A stretch of 33,144 nucleotides of DNA from sequence record SRR2962707_4674. One strand, 5' to 3'. Both the position numbers and the translations under genes were made by a program. Positions 1-10,724 of the stretch are shown here, piece by piece (the first letter of the stretch is position 1; each line of letters begins with the position of its first letter). The notes beneath the pieces are model-generated. The model ran no database searches, had not been told where the DNA came from, and saw only the letters and a program-made list of their open reading frames with translations.

Positions 1-46
1 CTTCAGGTTATGAGCCTGACGAGCTACCGGACTGCTCCATCCCGCA
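1..46 (-). tRNA. tRNA-Met(CAT), initiator type; 5' portion only (3' end lies outside the window)
   Basis: Reverse complement reads TGCGGGATGGAGCAGTCCGGTAGCTCGTCAGGCTCATAACCTGAAG, the alphaproteobacterial tRNA-fMet pattern; anticodon CAT at 12-10. Confidence 0.95.
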
Positions 47-51
47 GGGGT

Positions 52-80
52 GTGCTACCTTTGTTGAGCGCGGGCCGCAA
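52..80 (-). promoter_or_regulatory. Putative sigma70 promoter of the tRNA
   Basis: TTGCGG-N17-TAGCAC on the minus strand directly upstream of the tRNA. Confidence 0.4.
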
Positions 81-244
81 GGCGGTTTTGTCGGATTTTT
101 TCAAAATTGTTACATTAATTTGCAAAACCGTTTTTTCACCGGGTTTTGCGGCGGCTTGTCGCCGGTTCCTCTCTGATTTTATTGACTAAATCTTAAGGAA
201 TTGAAGGTGAGCCTGCAGATTGCACCGATACGATAGACGTTGCC

Positions 245-1348
245 CTATTCCAGCGTGCTGATCTGATAGGCGGAGCGGGCCAGCCATTCTGGCGAGATTT
301 CAACGCCCCAACCCGGCGCATCTGTCACACAGGCCTGCCCGTCCTTGATGTCATAGGGGCTTTCGACGAACAGATCATACTGCCACGGATAGTAATCCGG
401 CCCTTCAATCGAAAATTCCAGATATTTGCCGGCATTCGGAATCGCCCGCAGCAGATGCATCGTGAACAACGTGACCAACGACCAGTTCGCGCAATGCGGT
501 GTCACGGGCAATCCGGCAGCGGCGGCCATCTTGGCGACCCGCAATGTGCGGCTGATCCCGCCCAGATACAGGATATCGGGCTGCACAATATCGACGGCCC
601 GCATATCTATCATGCGTTTCCACGTTGGCAGGTCGCAATCCTGCTCTCCTCCGGTCACGTCGATCTCAAGGGCATCGGTAACTTGCTTGGTTTGCTCCAA
701 CTCCCAATAGGGGCAAGGTTCCTCGAAATGTGTGAAGCCGTTGTCTTGCAGCATATGCCCGACCTCGATCGCGCGGTCGGGGGAATAACAGCTGTTCGCG
801 TCGATCAGCAGATCAACATCATCGCCCAGTGCGCGACGGATTGTCGGGATGATTTCTTCGGTGCGGCCCGGCCATTCGTCCTTGTTGCGACCGACCTCGG
901 CACCGGCACGTACCTTGAAGGCATCAAACCCTTGGGTGTCGCGCAGATGTTTTAGGCGGGCAGCCTCGTCCTTGGGGGTGATGTCGCGCTTCATCGACGA
1001 TGCATAGGCGCGGATCAGACCCGGTGTGCCGCCCAGCAATTCAGCGACCGATTTGCCCTGCTGTTTGCCGCGCAGATCCCAGATTGCCGTATCCACCCCA
1101 GCCATCGCGCGGCGCAGGTACGAGCCGGGGAATTTATGTTCACGCTCGGCCACGATATCCAACAGATCATCCAGATCGGTCGTGTCCTGACCAAGGACAT
1201 GCGGTGCGACCTGCCGGTGCAAAACCTGACAGGTGATATCTGAATGATAGGTCGATACCTGCCCCCAGCCTTGCGATCCGTCTTGGGCTGTGACGCGCAC
1301 AAAGCCGACATCGGGGGTGGTGAATGTTTCGATCGATTTCAGCTGCAT
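245..1348 (-). CDS. Mandelate racemase/muconate lactonizing enzyme family protein (enolase superfamily)
   Basis: GVDTAIWDLRGK motif, KxR (FKVRAG), metal ligands DAN / EEP / GEQ, DIVQPD, TPH, PGWG. Confidence 0.92.
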   Translation of the reverse strand: MQLKSIETFTTPDVGFVRVTAQDGSQGWGQVSTYHSDITCQVLHRQVAPHVLGQDTTDLDDLLDIVAEREHKFPGSYLRRAMAGVDTAIWDLRGKQQGKSVAELLGGTPGLIRAYASSMKRDITPKDEAARLKHLRDTQGFDAFKVRAGAEVGRNKDEWPGRTEEIIPTIRRALGDDVDLLIDANSCYSPDRAIEVGHMLQDNGFTHFEEPCPYWELEQTKQVTDALEIDVTGGEQDCDLPTWKRMIDMRAVDIVQPDILYLGGISRTLRVAKMAAAAGLPVTPHCANWSLVTLFTMHLLRAIPNAGKYLEFSIEGPDYYPWQYDLFVESPYDIKDGQACVTDAPGWGVEISPEWLARSAYQISTLE

Positions 1349-1359
1349 CTGGTGCCCTT

Positions 1360-2976
1360 TTATCGCTGCGCGTCGGAGAGAATAATATCCGATGCTTTTT
1401 CCCCCACCATAATGGCAGGCGCGTTGGTATTGCCGGTTGGAATTGTTGGAAAGATCGACGCATCCGCGACCCGCAGCCCCTGAATGCCGTGCACCCTAAG
1501 GCGCGGATCAACAACGGATGTGGCGGGATCACTGCCCATGCGGCAGGTCGAACATTGGTGGAAAACGGTCCACGATTTCTGTCGGATATATGTCAGGATA
1601 TCTGCGTCGCTGACCACGTCCGCCCCCGGGAAAAGCTCGCTTTCGATGACAGCTTGCATGGCGGCGGTTCCGGCAATCTGGCGCATCAATTTGGTGCCAG
1701 CCAGCATCATCGCGCGGTCATGATCGGTGTCCAGATAGTTTGGGTGCATTTCGGGCGCATCCATCGGGTCGGGTGATTTGATCTGCAGATGCCCGACGCT
1801 GGTTGGCTTGCACGGATTAAAGCCCATTAGAAAACCTGCAAACGGATCAGGGTTCATCAACGGGCGTACCCCGACAGGCGCGCGGGTATAGCTGACGGGT
1901 GAAAAATACAGCTGCAAATCAGGCCCGTCCGAGGTTTCCGAGACGCGCACGAAACCGCCCCCCTGATTAAGGCTAAGCGACAGCGGGCCCTTGCGCGAAA
2001 TCGCATAGTGCAACGCCGCTTTCACCTTGCCCAGCAGCGGACCCAGTTCTTGGTTCAGGCTGGGCACCTGCGACATATACAAGTTGTCGCTGCCCAAATG
2101 ATCCAGGAGGTTACGGCCCACCTGCGACGCGTCAGACACAACGTCGATCCCATGCTTTTGCAGCACAGACCCCGGCCCGATCCCCGAAAGTTGCAACAGT
2201 TGCGGCGAATTGATCGCACCACCGCATAGGATAACCTCGGCCCTTGCCTGCACTTTATGCGTTTGACTGCCCTGCCGGTATTCAACGCCCACGGCACGTG
2301 TGCCATCCAGCAAGACCCGCGTGACATGGGCCTTGGTGCGCAGTTCAAGATTACGACGCCTTTTGGCGAGGTTCAGATAGCTGCGCGACGCCGAGGCGCG
2401 GTAGCCGCCTTTGGTGGTGATCTGATAGCAGGCCGCCCCTTCCATGTCGGGGCCGTTATAGTCGCGGTTGGTCGGGATACCGGCCTGCGCCGCCCCCTCA
2501 AGATAGGTGCGCGTCAGCGGATGCACCTCGTCTGACACGTCATGGACCGCGAGGGGGCCACCGACACCACGAGCATCATTTTGCGGGCCGTCCCAATCTT
2601 CCATACGGCGAAACACCGGCGCGATCTCATCCCAACCCCAACCGGGGGCCACCGCATTCCATTCCTCGTAATCACGGGGGTGCCCACGCACATAGACCAT
2701 TGCATTGATCGAACTTGATCCGCCCAGCACCTTGCCACGCGGCCAATAGGATCGCTGATGATCAAGGCCGGGCACCGGTTCGGTCGTGTATTTCCAGTTC
2801 ACCCGTTTGTCGTAATACACTTTGCCATAGCCGATGGGCATCTGGACCCAGGGATTCAAATCTGATCCGCCCGCCTCAAGAAGCAGCACGCTGAACTTGC
2901 CGCAATGTGTCAGCCGGTTGGCTAAAACGGACCCAGCCGACCCCGCGCCGACAATTATATAGTCAAACTCATCCAA
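1360..2976 (-). CDS. GMC family FAD oxidoreductase (choline dehydrogenase-like)
   Basis: [40 protein letters not shown], active-site FHQ..TCRMG and GNTNAP. Start set at TTG 2976 (GGAG 7 nt upstream); the ORF track extends it to ATG 3024. Confidence 0.92.
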   Translation of the reverse strand: MDEFDYIIVGAGSAGSVLANRLTHCGKFSVLLLEAGGSDLNPWVQMPIGYGKVYYDKRVNWKYTTEPVPGLDHQRSYWPRGKVLGGSSSINAMVYVRGHPRDYEEWNAVAPGWGWDEIAPVFRRMEDWDGPQNDARGVGGPLAVHDVSDEVHPLTRTYLEGAAQAGIPTNRDYNGPDMEGAACYQITTKGGYRASASRSYLNLAKRRRNLELRTKAHVTRVLLDGTRAVGVEYRQGSQTHKVQARAEVILCGGAINSPQLLQLSGIGPGSVLQKHGIDVVSDASQVGRNLLDHLGSDNLYMSQVPSLNQELGPLLGKVKAALHYAISRKGPLSLSLNQGGGFVRVSETSDGPDLQLYFSPVSYTRAPVGVRPLMNPDPFAGFLMGFNPCKPTSVGHLQIKSPDPMDAPEMHPNYLDTDHDRAMMLAGTKLMRQIAGTAAMQAVIESELFPGADVVSDADILTYIRQKSWTVFHQCSTCRMGSDPATSVVDPRLRVHGIQGLRVADASIFPTIPTGNTNAPAIMVGEKASDIILSDAQR

Positions 2977-3246
2977 GCGATTTCTCCGAAGGCGGGGCGC
3001 TGCGTCTGCGTAGTGATCATCCATTCACCACGATTCTCAAGAGGGCTGCAATAGGGAGGGCCGATACGGGGCATTATTTCAAGTTTGTGCCCCCTTTTCG
3101 AGCATGACACCAATAACGGTTTCAGCAGCGCTGCTCAGATCCCAAAACGTGTATTGTGTTTAGCTTCCATAATCTTAAGCTAACCTTACTTATCCAGCGA
3201 TGGCTTCCGCCTCACTGCTAAAATGCGCGCCAAAGGACACTGCCAC

Positions 3247-4695
3247 ATGGAAACGAACATTCAAGAAGACGCAACATTTCTGGCCAACCAAGTCGCCACG
3301 GGTGCCGCGTCTGCGGATGAACTGCTTGACGATGCATTAGCGCGGGTTGCAGCTTTTAATCCGCAGTTGAATGCCGTTGTCTTGCTGCAAGAAGAAACAG
3401 CGCGCCAAGCCATCAAGGCAGGCCTGCCCGACGGGCCGTTTAAGGGTGTGCCGTTCTTGATGAAAGACCTTGGGGCAGAGGCAAAGGATTTCCCCTCGCA
3501 TAGCGGGTCCAATCTGCTGAAAGACACGGTCTATTCCTATGACAGCGCGATTTTCGACCGCATGCGCAGCACCGGCGTGGTGACGTTCGGGCGTACCACT
3601 TCGCCCGAGGGCGGGATTGGCCCGGTGACTGAATCCAGCGTCTACGGTGGGCCGACGCGCAATCCGTGGAACCTGTCGCACACCTCTGGCGGATCATCCG
3701 GTGGGTCGGGCGCTGCGGTGGCAGCGGGCATCGTGCCAATGGCGCATGGGTCAGATGGGGGCGGTTCCGTGCGCATCCCCGCGTCAAGTTGCGGCTTGTT
3801 CGGTTTCAAGGCCACGCGCGCCCGTTTTCCAGACGGCCCGGCCTCGGGCGAGGGTTGGGGTGGCATGGCGATTGACGGGTTTCTGTCCCGTTCGGTGCGC
3901 GACAATGCCACGATGATGGATGCCTGTGCGGGGCCCGACGCCGGTGCCCCCTATGCGGCCCCCGCGATGGAGATGTCGTATAGCCAAGCCATCACACGCC
4001 CGCCGCGCCGCCTGCGCATTGCGCTGTGTGACACGACATTTACAGGCGGTGCTATTGACCCGGCCTGCAAGGAAGCCGTGCAAAAAACCGCACAGATATT
4101 GGAGGGGCTGGGCCACCACGTGACCCCCGGCTGCCCCCAAGCTGACCACGAAGGCATGATGCACGCCTGGACCAAGATCGTCGCCTGCGGTACCGCGCTT
4201 TGGATCGAAAACACGCTCAAGGCCAAGGGGCGCGACTTGCAGCAGGGCGACATTCAGGGCGTGGCGCGCGGGGCATTGAAATATGCCAGCGAAATCTCGG
4301 GGGCGGCGTATCTGGGGGCGGTCAATAAAATCCACGCCTATGGCCGCCAGATGGCTGCGGCATTTGACGGTGTTGATATCATCCTGTCCGCAACCTTGGC
4401 AGAACCCCCTGCCCATGTTGGCCGGTTCACCCACGAACGCGAAGACTATGAAAATTACCGCGTCGGTCCGGGGGGCGTTTTCGAATATTCACCGTTCTGC
4501 GCGGCGTTCAATGCAAGCGGCCAACCCGCAGCATCGGTGCCCCTGCATTGGACAGATGACGGCCTGCCCGTAGGCATTCATCTGGCCGCCCCCTTTGGCG
4601 ATGACGCGACACTGATCGCGCTTTGTGCAGAACTTGAGCAGGCAGCACCTTGGGCGCATCAAACACCGAAAATGCTTGCAGAATATCTTGCTTAG
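3247..4695 (+). CDS. Amidase-signature family amidase (6-aminohexanoate cyclic dimer hydrolase-like)
   Basis: GVPFLMKDL (catalytic Lys), [29 protein letters not shown] before ATG 3247. Confidence 0.92.
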   Translation: METNIQEDATFLANQVATGAASADELLDDALARVAAFNPQLNAVVLLQEETARQAIKAGLPDGPFKGVPFLMKDLGAEAKDFPSHSGSNLLKDTVYSYDSAIFDRMRSTGVVTFGRTTSPEGGIGPVTESSVYGGPTRNPWNLSHTSGGSSGGSGAAVAAGIVPMAHGSDGGGSVRIPASSCGLFGFKATRARFPDGPASGEGWGGMAIDGFLSRSVRDNATMMDACAGPDAGAPYAAPAMEMSYSQAITRPPRRLRIALCDTTFTGGAIDPACKEAVQKTAQILEGLGHHVTPGCPQADHEGMMHAWTKIVACGTALWIENTLKAKGRDLQQGDIQGVARGALKYASEISGAAYLGAVNKIHAYGRQMAAAFDGVDIILSATLAEPPAHVGRFTHEREDYENYRVGPGGVFEYSPFCAAFNASGQPAASVPLHWTDDGLPVGIHLAAPFGDDATLIALCAELEQAAPWAHQTPKMLAEYLA

Positions 4696-4741
4696 TGACG
4701 GCGCGCGACGCAGGGTGAAGGCCGAAACAAAGGAAATATAC

Positions 4742-5797
4742 GTGAACACAGATATCGCAATTGATGCACGCCATGTCGGCAAGATTTACGGAACAGGTGC
4801 AAGCGCTGTTACCGCACTTGGCGATGTTTCGATCAGCATTAAAAAAGGTGAATTTTTTACGCTGCTTGGGCCATCGGGATGCGGCAAAACCACGTTGCTA
4901 CGCTGCATCGCAGGGTTCGAGACGCCCACCAAAGGCTCCATCCATCTGTCCGGCACAGACATTACCTATGACCCGCCCTATCAGCGCCCGGTCAATACGG
5001 TGTTCCAGTCTTATGCGTTGTTTCCCCATTTGACCGTCGCGCAGAATGTTGCCTTTGGTTTGAAAATGCGCGGGGCGTCCTCGGCGGATGTGGCACGGGC
5101 CGTGGACCGCGTTCTGGGTCTGGTCAAGCTTGAGGATTTTGCAAATCGTCTGCCGCAACAATTATCCGGTGGGCAGCAACAGCGTGTGGCCCTTGCCCGC
5201 GCGCTGGCCCCCGAACCGCAGGTGCTTTTGCTGGATGAACCACTGTCGGCGCTGGATCTGAAATTGCGCAAGGAAATGCAAAGCGAATTGAAGCGGCTGC
5301 AATCTGAGACCGGAATTACCTTTATCTTTGTGACCCACGACCAAGAAGAAGCGTTAACCATGTCGGACCGGATCGGCGTCATGTCAGCTGGCGCGCTTTT
5401 GCAAGTTGGCACACCGCACGATATTTATGACCGCCCCGCCACCCGATTTGTGGCCGATTTCATTGGCGAGACGAATTTCCTGAACGGCACCGTCGAGGGC
5501 GATCAAGTGCGGATCGGCACCGGTGATCTGCTGGCCGTGCCGCTGGATGGTGAAACAGGTGCCGTGACCCTGGCCATTCGGCCCGAACAGGTCAGCGTGA
5601 CATCGGCACCAGCCGAACTAAGCGGCAAAATTACCGACGCGACCTATATGGGCACCGACACACACTATACGATTGAACTGAAAGACGGCAGCCCATTGGT
5701 TGCCCGCATTCAGTCGAATTCGACGGGTGCGTTTGGGGTGGGTGATGCCGTGGGCGTCGCAATCGACGCACGTGCCGTACAGGTTCTGAAATCATGA
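4742..5797 (+). CDS. potA: Polyamine-type ABC transporter ATP-binding protein
   Basis: Walker [29 protein letters not shown]-terminal TOBE-like region; GTG 4742 preceded by AAGGA. Confidence 0.92.
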   Translation: MNTDIAIDARHVGKIYGTGASAVTALGDVSISIKKGEFFTLLGPSGCGKTTLLRCIAGFETPTKGSIHLSGTDITYDPPYQRPVNTVFQSYALFPHLTVAQNVAFGLKMRGASSADVARAVDRVLGLVKLEDFANRLPQQLSGGQQQRVALARALAPEPQVLLLDEPLSALDLKLRKEMQSELKRLQSETGITFIFVTHDQEEALTMSDRIGVMSAGALLQVGTPHDIYDRPATRFVADFIGETNFLNGTVEGDQVRIGTGDLLAVPLDGETGAVTLAIRPEQVSVTSAPAELSGKITDATYMGTDTHYTIELKDGSPLVARIQSNSTGAFGVGDAVGVAIDARAVQVLKS

Positions 5798-6708
5798 GCA
5801 CCCCTGAAACCAAACGCAAAGCCCCGCGCAGCAAAGGCGTCAATGGCTGGCTTTTGTCGGCACCGGCCCTGATCCTTCTGCTCGTCGCAGCAAGCGGCCC
5901 CCTGCTGATCGTCGCGTTTTATTCCGTGCTCGAAAAAGGCGACTATTCGGGCGTTCGCTGGGTTCTTTCCGGCGAAGGCTGGTTCCGCGTTCTGTTCGAA
6001 AAGGACATCTTTGACCAGACGATCAGCCTTGCTGATGCCAACCTGTCGATCTTTTGGCGGTCGATCAAACTCTCCGTCGCCACGACCATCATCACCTTTG
6101 GTTTTGGCCTGCCCACCGCGTGGTTTATTGCCACCCGTCCCGCGAAATCGCGGGCATTCTGGCTGTTTTTGATCACGATCCCCTTTTGGACCAACCTGCT
6201 GATCCGCACCTTTGCGATCATGGAGGTCATCCGGAACCAAGGGATCCTGAACACGTTCCTCATCCACTTTGGCCTGATCTCTGAGCCCATTCAAATTCTG
6301 TACACCGACACCGCCGTTCTGATCGGGATGACCTATGTCTATCTGCCCCTAATGGTTCTACCGCTTTATGCCGCCATCGACCGGTTTGATTTTCGCCTGA
6401 TCGAGGCGGGGTATGATCTGTATGCCTCGCGGTGGCAGGTCTTGCGCGGGGTGATCCTGCCCATCATCAAACCGGGCATCGTTGCAGGGTCCATTCTTGT
6501 GTTCATCCCCAGTCTTGGTGCCTATGTCACGCCCCGTGTTTTGGGGGGCGGCAAGAATATGATGATCGGCAACTTTATCGAATTGCAGTTCGGCCAAGGG
6601 CAAAACTGGCCTTTGGGGGCGGCGCTTTCGACCTTGTTGCTGCTGGTCGTGCTGGTGTCGCTGATTGTCTACACACGGGCCTCGTCAAAGGATAACTCCA
6701 ATGGGTAA
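5794..6708 (+). CDS. potB: Polyamine-type ABC transporter permease
   Basis: [22 protein letters not shown]-like loop [21 protein letters not shown] overlap with potA. Confidence 0.9.
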   Translation: MSTPETKRKAPRSKGVNGWLLSAPALILLLVAASGPLLIVAFYSVLEKGDYSGVRWVLSGEGWFRVLFEKDIFDQTISLADANLSIFWRSIKLSVATTIITFGFGLPTAWFIATRPAKSRAFWLFLITIPFWTNLLIRTFAIMEVIRNQGILNTFLIHFGLISEPIQILYTDTAVLIGMTYVYLPLMVLPLYAAIDRFDFRLIEAGYDLYASRWQVLRGVILPIIKPGIVAGSILVFIPSLGAYVTPRVLGGGKNMMIGNFIELQFGQGQNWPLGAALSTLLLLVVLVSLIVYTRASSKDNSNG

Positions 6709-7507
6709 AACACGCGCTTTCGACGTCACCACCCTGCCCGGGTTTACCTTTATCGCGATCCTTGCGTTTGTGTTGCTTTATGCGCCGATCATAACGCTGG
6801 TTATCTATTCGTTTAACGGTGGTAATTCGGTCAACCAATGGGGCGGGTTTTCGCTGGAATGGTATGCGGTCGCCGCCCAAAACGAAGCCGTGCAAGACGC
6901 CACAGCGCGGTCGCTGATCATTGCGGTGTGGGCGTCGGTCATATCAACGGCTGTGGCGACAATGGCCGCACTTGGCACCACACGGCGTGGTAAATTCACC
7001 GGGCAAACGGTGATCTATGTGATCATCAACCAGCCCCTGATGGTGCCTGAAATCGTCACGGCGGTTGCCCTGCTGATCTTCTTTTCTTCGGTCAAGGTTG
7101 CGACCGGATACAGCGGGCTGGGCTATCTGATTTTGGCGCATTCGGCGTTTTGCATCCCCTTTGCCTATTTGCCGATTAAGGCGCGGCTGGAAGGGATGGA
7201 CACCACCATGGAAACCGCCGCTGCCGATCTGTACGCGACACCATGGCAGACGTTTCGCTATGTCACGCTGCCGCTGCTGTTGCCGGGGGTTATCGCGGGG
7301 GCAATGCTGGCGTTTATTATCTCGCTTGATAACGTCATCATCACCGAATTTGTAAAATCCGCCGGACAGGATACGCTGCCAACCTATATGTTGGGCCAAT
7401 TGCGCCGCGCGCTGACGCCAGAGGTAAACGCGATATCGACCGCGCTGCTTGCCCTGACGATCCTGATCCTGACGGTATTCGTTTTCGTCACCAAAAAGCG
7501 GGACTAA
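6701..7507 (+). CDS. potC: Polyamine-type ABC transporter permease
   Basis: LYAPI..YSFN, PLMVPEIV, ETAAADLYA, AFIISLD; ATG 6701 overlaps the potB end. Confidence 0.9.
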   Translation: MGKTRAFDVTTLPGFTFIAILAFVLLYAPIITLVIYSFNGGNSVNQWGGFSLEWYAVAAQNEAVQDATARSLIIAVWASVISTAVATMAALGTTRRGKFTGQTVIYVIINQPLMVPEIVTAVALLIFFSSVKVATGYSGLGYLILAHSAFCIPFAYLPIKARLEGMDTTMETAAADLYATPWQTFRYVTLPLLLPGVIAGAMLAFIISLDNVIITEFVKSAGQDTLPTYMLGQLRRALTPEVNAISTALLALTILILTVFVFVTKKRD

Positions 7508-7536
7508 CCCGCAAATCATCAACACTGGAGAACCAC

Positions 7537-8562
7537 ATGAGAACCATTTTAATCGCGACCACAGCTTTGATAAGCAGCACAATCGGTGCCTATGCCGAAG
7601 GTGAGCTGAACCTGTTTAACTGGGGTAACTATACCAGCCCCGAAATGATCGAAAAGTTCACCGCGCAAACCGGTATTACTGTCACGGTCACTGACTATGA
7701 CAGCAACACAACCGCCCTCACCAAGGTCGAGGCAGGCGGTTCGGGTTTCGATCTGGTTGTGCCATCGGCCAACTATATTCCCGTCTATGTCCGCAAAGGT
7801 CTGATCGCCGAGCTGGATCACTCCAAGATACCGAACATCGGCAACATCGCCGCCGAATGGAAAGACGTGCCATGGGATCAGGGCCGCACGCATTCCGTGC
7901 CTTGGCAGTGGGGATCTGTTGGTATTGCGGTTAACACATCCGTCTATGGCGGCGACGTGAACACATCTGAATTGTTCATGGACCCACCCGAGGAACTGGT
8001 TGGCAAGATCAACGTCGTTCCCGAAATGACTGACGTGATCAACATGGCAATCTTTAATCAAGGCGGCGAGGCCTGCACCGAAGACCTCGAGCTGCTGAAA
8101 AAGGTCCGCGACAAGATGATGGCGGCCAAGCCCAAGTGGCTGTCGATGGATTACGGCACCACAGACAAGCTGTCGTCGGGTGACTATGCGGCATCCGTGA
8201 ACTGGAACGGGTCCACCATGCGGGCGCGGATCAACAACCCCGACATCGTTTATGGCTATCCCAAGGAAGGCTATCCATTGTTCATGGATTCGGTCGCCCT
8301 GCTGTCCGACGCCAAGAACGTGGACGAGGCACACCAGTTCATCAACTTTATCCTCGAGCCTGAAAATGCGGCGATGATTTCCAGCTTTGCGCGCTATGCA
8401 AACGGTGTCGCCGGGTCGGAAGAGTTCATGCCCGAAGACATGAAAACCGCGCCCGAGATCGTGGCACCAGCCGAGCTGGCGGCTGCAGGTAAGTTCATTC
8501 CCACATGTCCTCAATCTGCAACGGATCTTTATACCGCGATCTGGACTGAATTGCTGAAGTAA
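7537..8562 (+). CDS. potD: PotD/PotF-family periplasmic substrate-binding protein
   Basis: Signal peptide, LNLFNWGNY, DLVVPS, PWQWG, WNG, PKEG..FMD; GGAG RBS. Confidence 0.9.
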   Translation: MRTILIATTALISSTIGAYAEGELNLFNWGNYTSPEMIEKFTAQTGITVTVTDYDSNTTALTKVEAGGSGFDLVVPSANYIPVYVRKGLIAELDHSKIPNIGNIAAEWKDVPWDQGRTHSVPWQWGSVGIAVNTSVYGGDVNTSELFMDPPEELVGKINVVPEMTDVINMAIFNQGGEACTEDLELLKKVRDKMMAAKPKWLSMDYGTTDKLSSGDYAASVNWNGSTMRARINNPDIVYGYPKEGYPLFMDSVALLSDAKNVDEAHQFINFILEPENAAMISSFARYANGVAGSEEFMPEDMKTAPEIVAPAELAAAGKFIPTCPQSATDLYTAIWTELLK

Positions 8563-8570
8563 GACCCATC

Positions 8571-8596
8571 TGGCGGGGCCGCGCATGGCCCCGCCA
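8571..8596. terminator. Hairpin between convergent potD and DUF1513 genes
   Basis: TGGCGGGGCC-gcgcat-GGCCCCGCCA, perfect 10-bp stem. Confidence 0.75.
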
Positions 8597-8632
8597 ATTC
8601 TTTAGATGATGACTATTTTCGGTCGCAGCGGG

Positions 8633-9706
8633 TTAAACCTCGACCAGATGGTTATCCCACCGCAGCGCATCTGATTGTACAAAGGCCGGGCCATCGCTGC
8701 CCAAGCCGCCGATGTCCCCCCTGCCCGATGTAATCGCAAAACCGCGATCTTGAGGGGCGACGCCGCAGACATCTTGCAGCTCGAATACCTGATCAAGGGT
8801 CAACTCGTTAGCATCATATTGATGCAACACCCCCCCTTTGGGCGATGTCACTGCAATCTTTTTGCCGTTCCGTGAATAGGCGATACTGCCGATATATCCG
8901 CCCAATCTGCGGGCTTCATCCTCGTCCGCGCCGATCAGTTGAATGGCCTGCCCCTGCCGGTGCTGACCGATCAGGTCAGACATCTGGCCATCGCCCTGCC
9001 ATTGCATCCCAAACGCCACCTGACCGCTTGGCCCGATCGCCAAATGGCGGATAGAATTTTTATGCATTTCAGGCGGCAGTTGCGCGACCTCGATGATCTG
9101 TCCTTGGTCCAGATAGGTCAGGTTCGGCTGCATTGTGGCGATGTTCAGTTTCACGCGCCCTGAATCGGGATGCGTGTCGATCCCGCCATTTGCAACAACC
9201 AGAACATCCGACCCCGGAAGCCGCTTGATGTCATGCGGCCCGACACCGCCGCTGTCGAACTCGCCTACGCGGGTATAGCCCTTGCTGACATCCCAGACGC
9301 CGATGCGACCTTGGCCGTGTTCATAATCATTCTCGGTCGTGAACAACCAATCGCCGTCTTGGGAAAACGCCCCGTGGCCGTAAAAATGCCGACCCTCTGG
9401 CGAATGTAGCTGCGCCTTGACGACCCCCGAAACGCAATCGATCACGATGGCAAAGGTGCCCGGACGCCGCGCGAATGCAACGGCTTGGGGGCGTATGGGG
9501 TGGGCAGCGGCAGCATGGCCGCGCGCGGGCAGTGGAATTTCAAACGTGATGTCCAGCGCCTTGCCGATCCCGCACAGGGCGAATGACCCGTCAGGCTTGG
9601 CCGCCGCTGCCAGATAGGCCGGGCCACCCGCATCTGCCCATGTCGGTTTCGGGATCAGACCTGCGGCCAACAATCCCCCTAGAAATCGCCGTCGGTTGGC
9701 CTGCAT
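8633..9706 (-). CDS. DUF1513 family Tat-exported protein (predicted beta-propeller)
   Basis: NRRRFL Tat signal; RGH, FARRPG, HFYGHG, TENDY, GPHD, NGGI.THP, SIRH, WDNH motifs; start at ATG 9706. Confidence 0.88.
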   Translation of the reverse strand: MQANRRRFLGGLLAAGLIPKPTWADAGGPAYLAAAAKPDGSFALCGIGKALDITFEIPLPARGHAAAAHPIRPQAVAFARRPGTFAIVIDCVSGVVKAQLHSPEGRHFYGHGAFSQDGDWLFTTENDYEHGQGRIGVWDVSKGYTRVGEFDSGGVGPHDIKRLPGSDVLVVANGGIDTHPDSGRVKLNIATMQPNLTYLDQGQIIEVAQLPPEMHKNSIRHLAIGPSGQVAFGMQWQGDGQMSDLIGQHRQGQAIQLIGADEDEARRLGGYIGSIAYSRNGKKIAVTSPKGGVLHQYDANELTLDQVFELQDVCGVAPQDRGFAITSGRGDIGGLGSDGPAFVQSDALRWDNHLVEV

Positions 9707-9707
9707 A

Positions 9708-10724
9708 TTAATCCCCGTCCAACGCGTTAAAGCCCGCAGCCACACCTAATGTCGGCCCAAGTTCCTGACGCGCAATATCACGGATGGCGTCGACGGATTG
9801 CTGCACGACTTCGACCTTCAATCGGGTTTGCGGCGCTGCGACCCCTGCAAAAATCGGATCGTTCAAATCGCCGAGTTTCGACAACGTGGTTTCAAACGCG
9901 TGCTGTGAACGTGCCGCCAGATCAGCATTGTCGCCCGCCAAAAGCATCATCAAGTTTTCAAGGCTCTCAAGGCTGATCATGACATGGCGCGCAGAACGGC
10001 CCGAACGCCAAACCTCGGCACGGGTCGGGCGCGGTTTGTCAAAGCTGCCCAAGGGCCGCCCCAAACGCGTGTCGGACGTAAATTCCAACCCTGTGGTCAA
10101 CGCCTTGAACAGCTCTTGTACGGTTTCCTCTTGGGTGCGGTAGGTGCCGTCTGGGCCGGGGTTCAGCAAGCGGGCGGCATAATCACCCTGCCAGTCTGTC
10201 AAAATCTCGGCTGTTGTGGCCGCGATGTCTGCTGCGACCGCCTGCACCAATGCGCAGTGATAGGCGGCGGGGCCTGCCGTGCTCAGCGCATCGTCATACA
10301 GCAGAAACTCCATCCCATAGAATCCGCGCCCTGCGATCGATACTTGGGAAAACTCTTGCGGGGTTGCGATGATCGGGTCTTGGTCCGCGATCAACGTGCC
10401 AAGCGTGCGCGGCGTCACGCCACGGCTGTCCGGCCAGAACGCCAGTGCAAAGGCGCGGTCATTGATTTCAGTCGGGCCAAAGCGCAAATGGCTGACCGCC
10501 ACCCACGCATCGAACGCATCGCCATAGGCCGCCCGCAAGGTTTCAGAATCTGGCGTGCAATCTGCTATGGCTGCGTCTGCCAACCGATCAGAGGTTTCCG
10601 CCAATGTCTCGAACCTTGGCAAGATATGTGTGTCGATCACTTTGGCCACCAAAGGATCAGCGGCTTGCGCCGAAGCCACGCAAGGCGCGGCGACGGCCAA
10701 AGCGATCAATAGAATGCGTTTCAT
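9708..10724 (-). CDS. Imelysin family protein (second copy; GxHxxE motif degenerate)
   Basis: Signal peptide, FWPD.RG, GFYGMEFLLY, RLGRPLG, E.WRS, C-terminal GFNALDGD. Confidence 0.88.
   Translation of the reverse strand: MKRILLIALAVAAPCVASAQAADPLVAKVIDTHILPRFETLAETSDRLADAAIADCTPDSETLRAAYGDAFDAWVAVSHLRFGPTEINDRAFALAFWPDSRGVTPRTLGTLIADQDPIIATPQEFSQVSIAGRGFYGMEFLLYDDALSTAGPAAYHCALVQAVAADIAATTAEILTDWQGDYAARLLNPGPDGTYRTQEETVQELFKALTTGLEFTSDTRLGRPLGSFDKPRPTRAEVWRSGRSARHVMISLESLENLMMLLAGDNADLAARSQHAFETTLSKLGDLNDPIFAGVAAPQTRLKVEVVQQSVDAIRDIARQELGPTLGVAAGFNALDGD

Noticed and set aside
172-198. CTGATTTTATTGACTAAATCTTAAGG resembling an Iron-Rhodo box or a -35 element
   Set aside because: Right half-site is poor and no plus-strand gene follows
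1-244. tRNA as a genomic-island attachment site
   Set aside because: Its 3' end points out of the window; no integrase or duplicated tRNA fragment seen
7549-8586. 345-aa antisense ORF opposite potD
   Set aside because: Codon-register shadow of a biased gene, with no recognisable motifs
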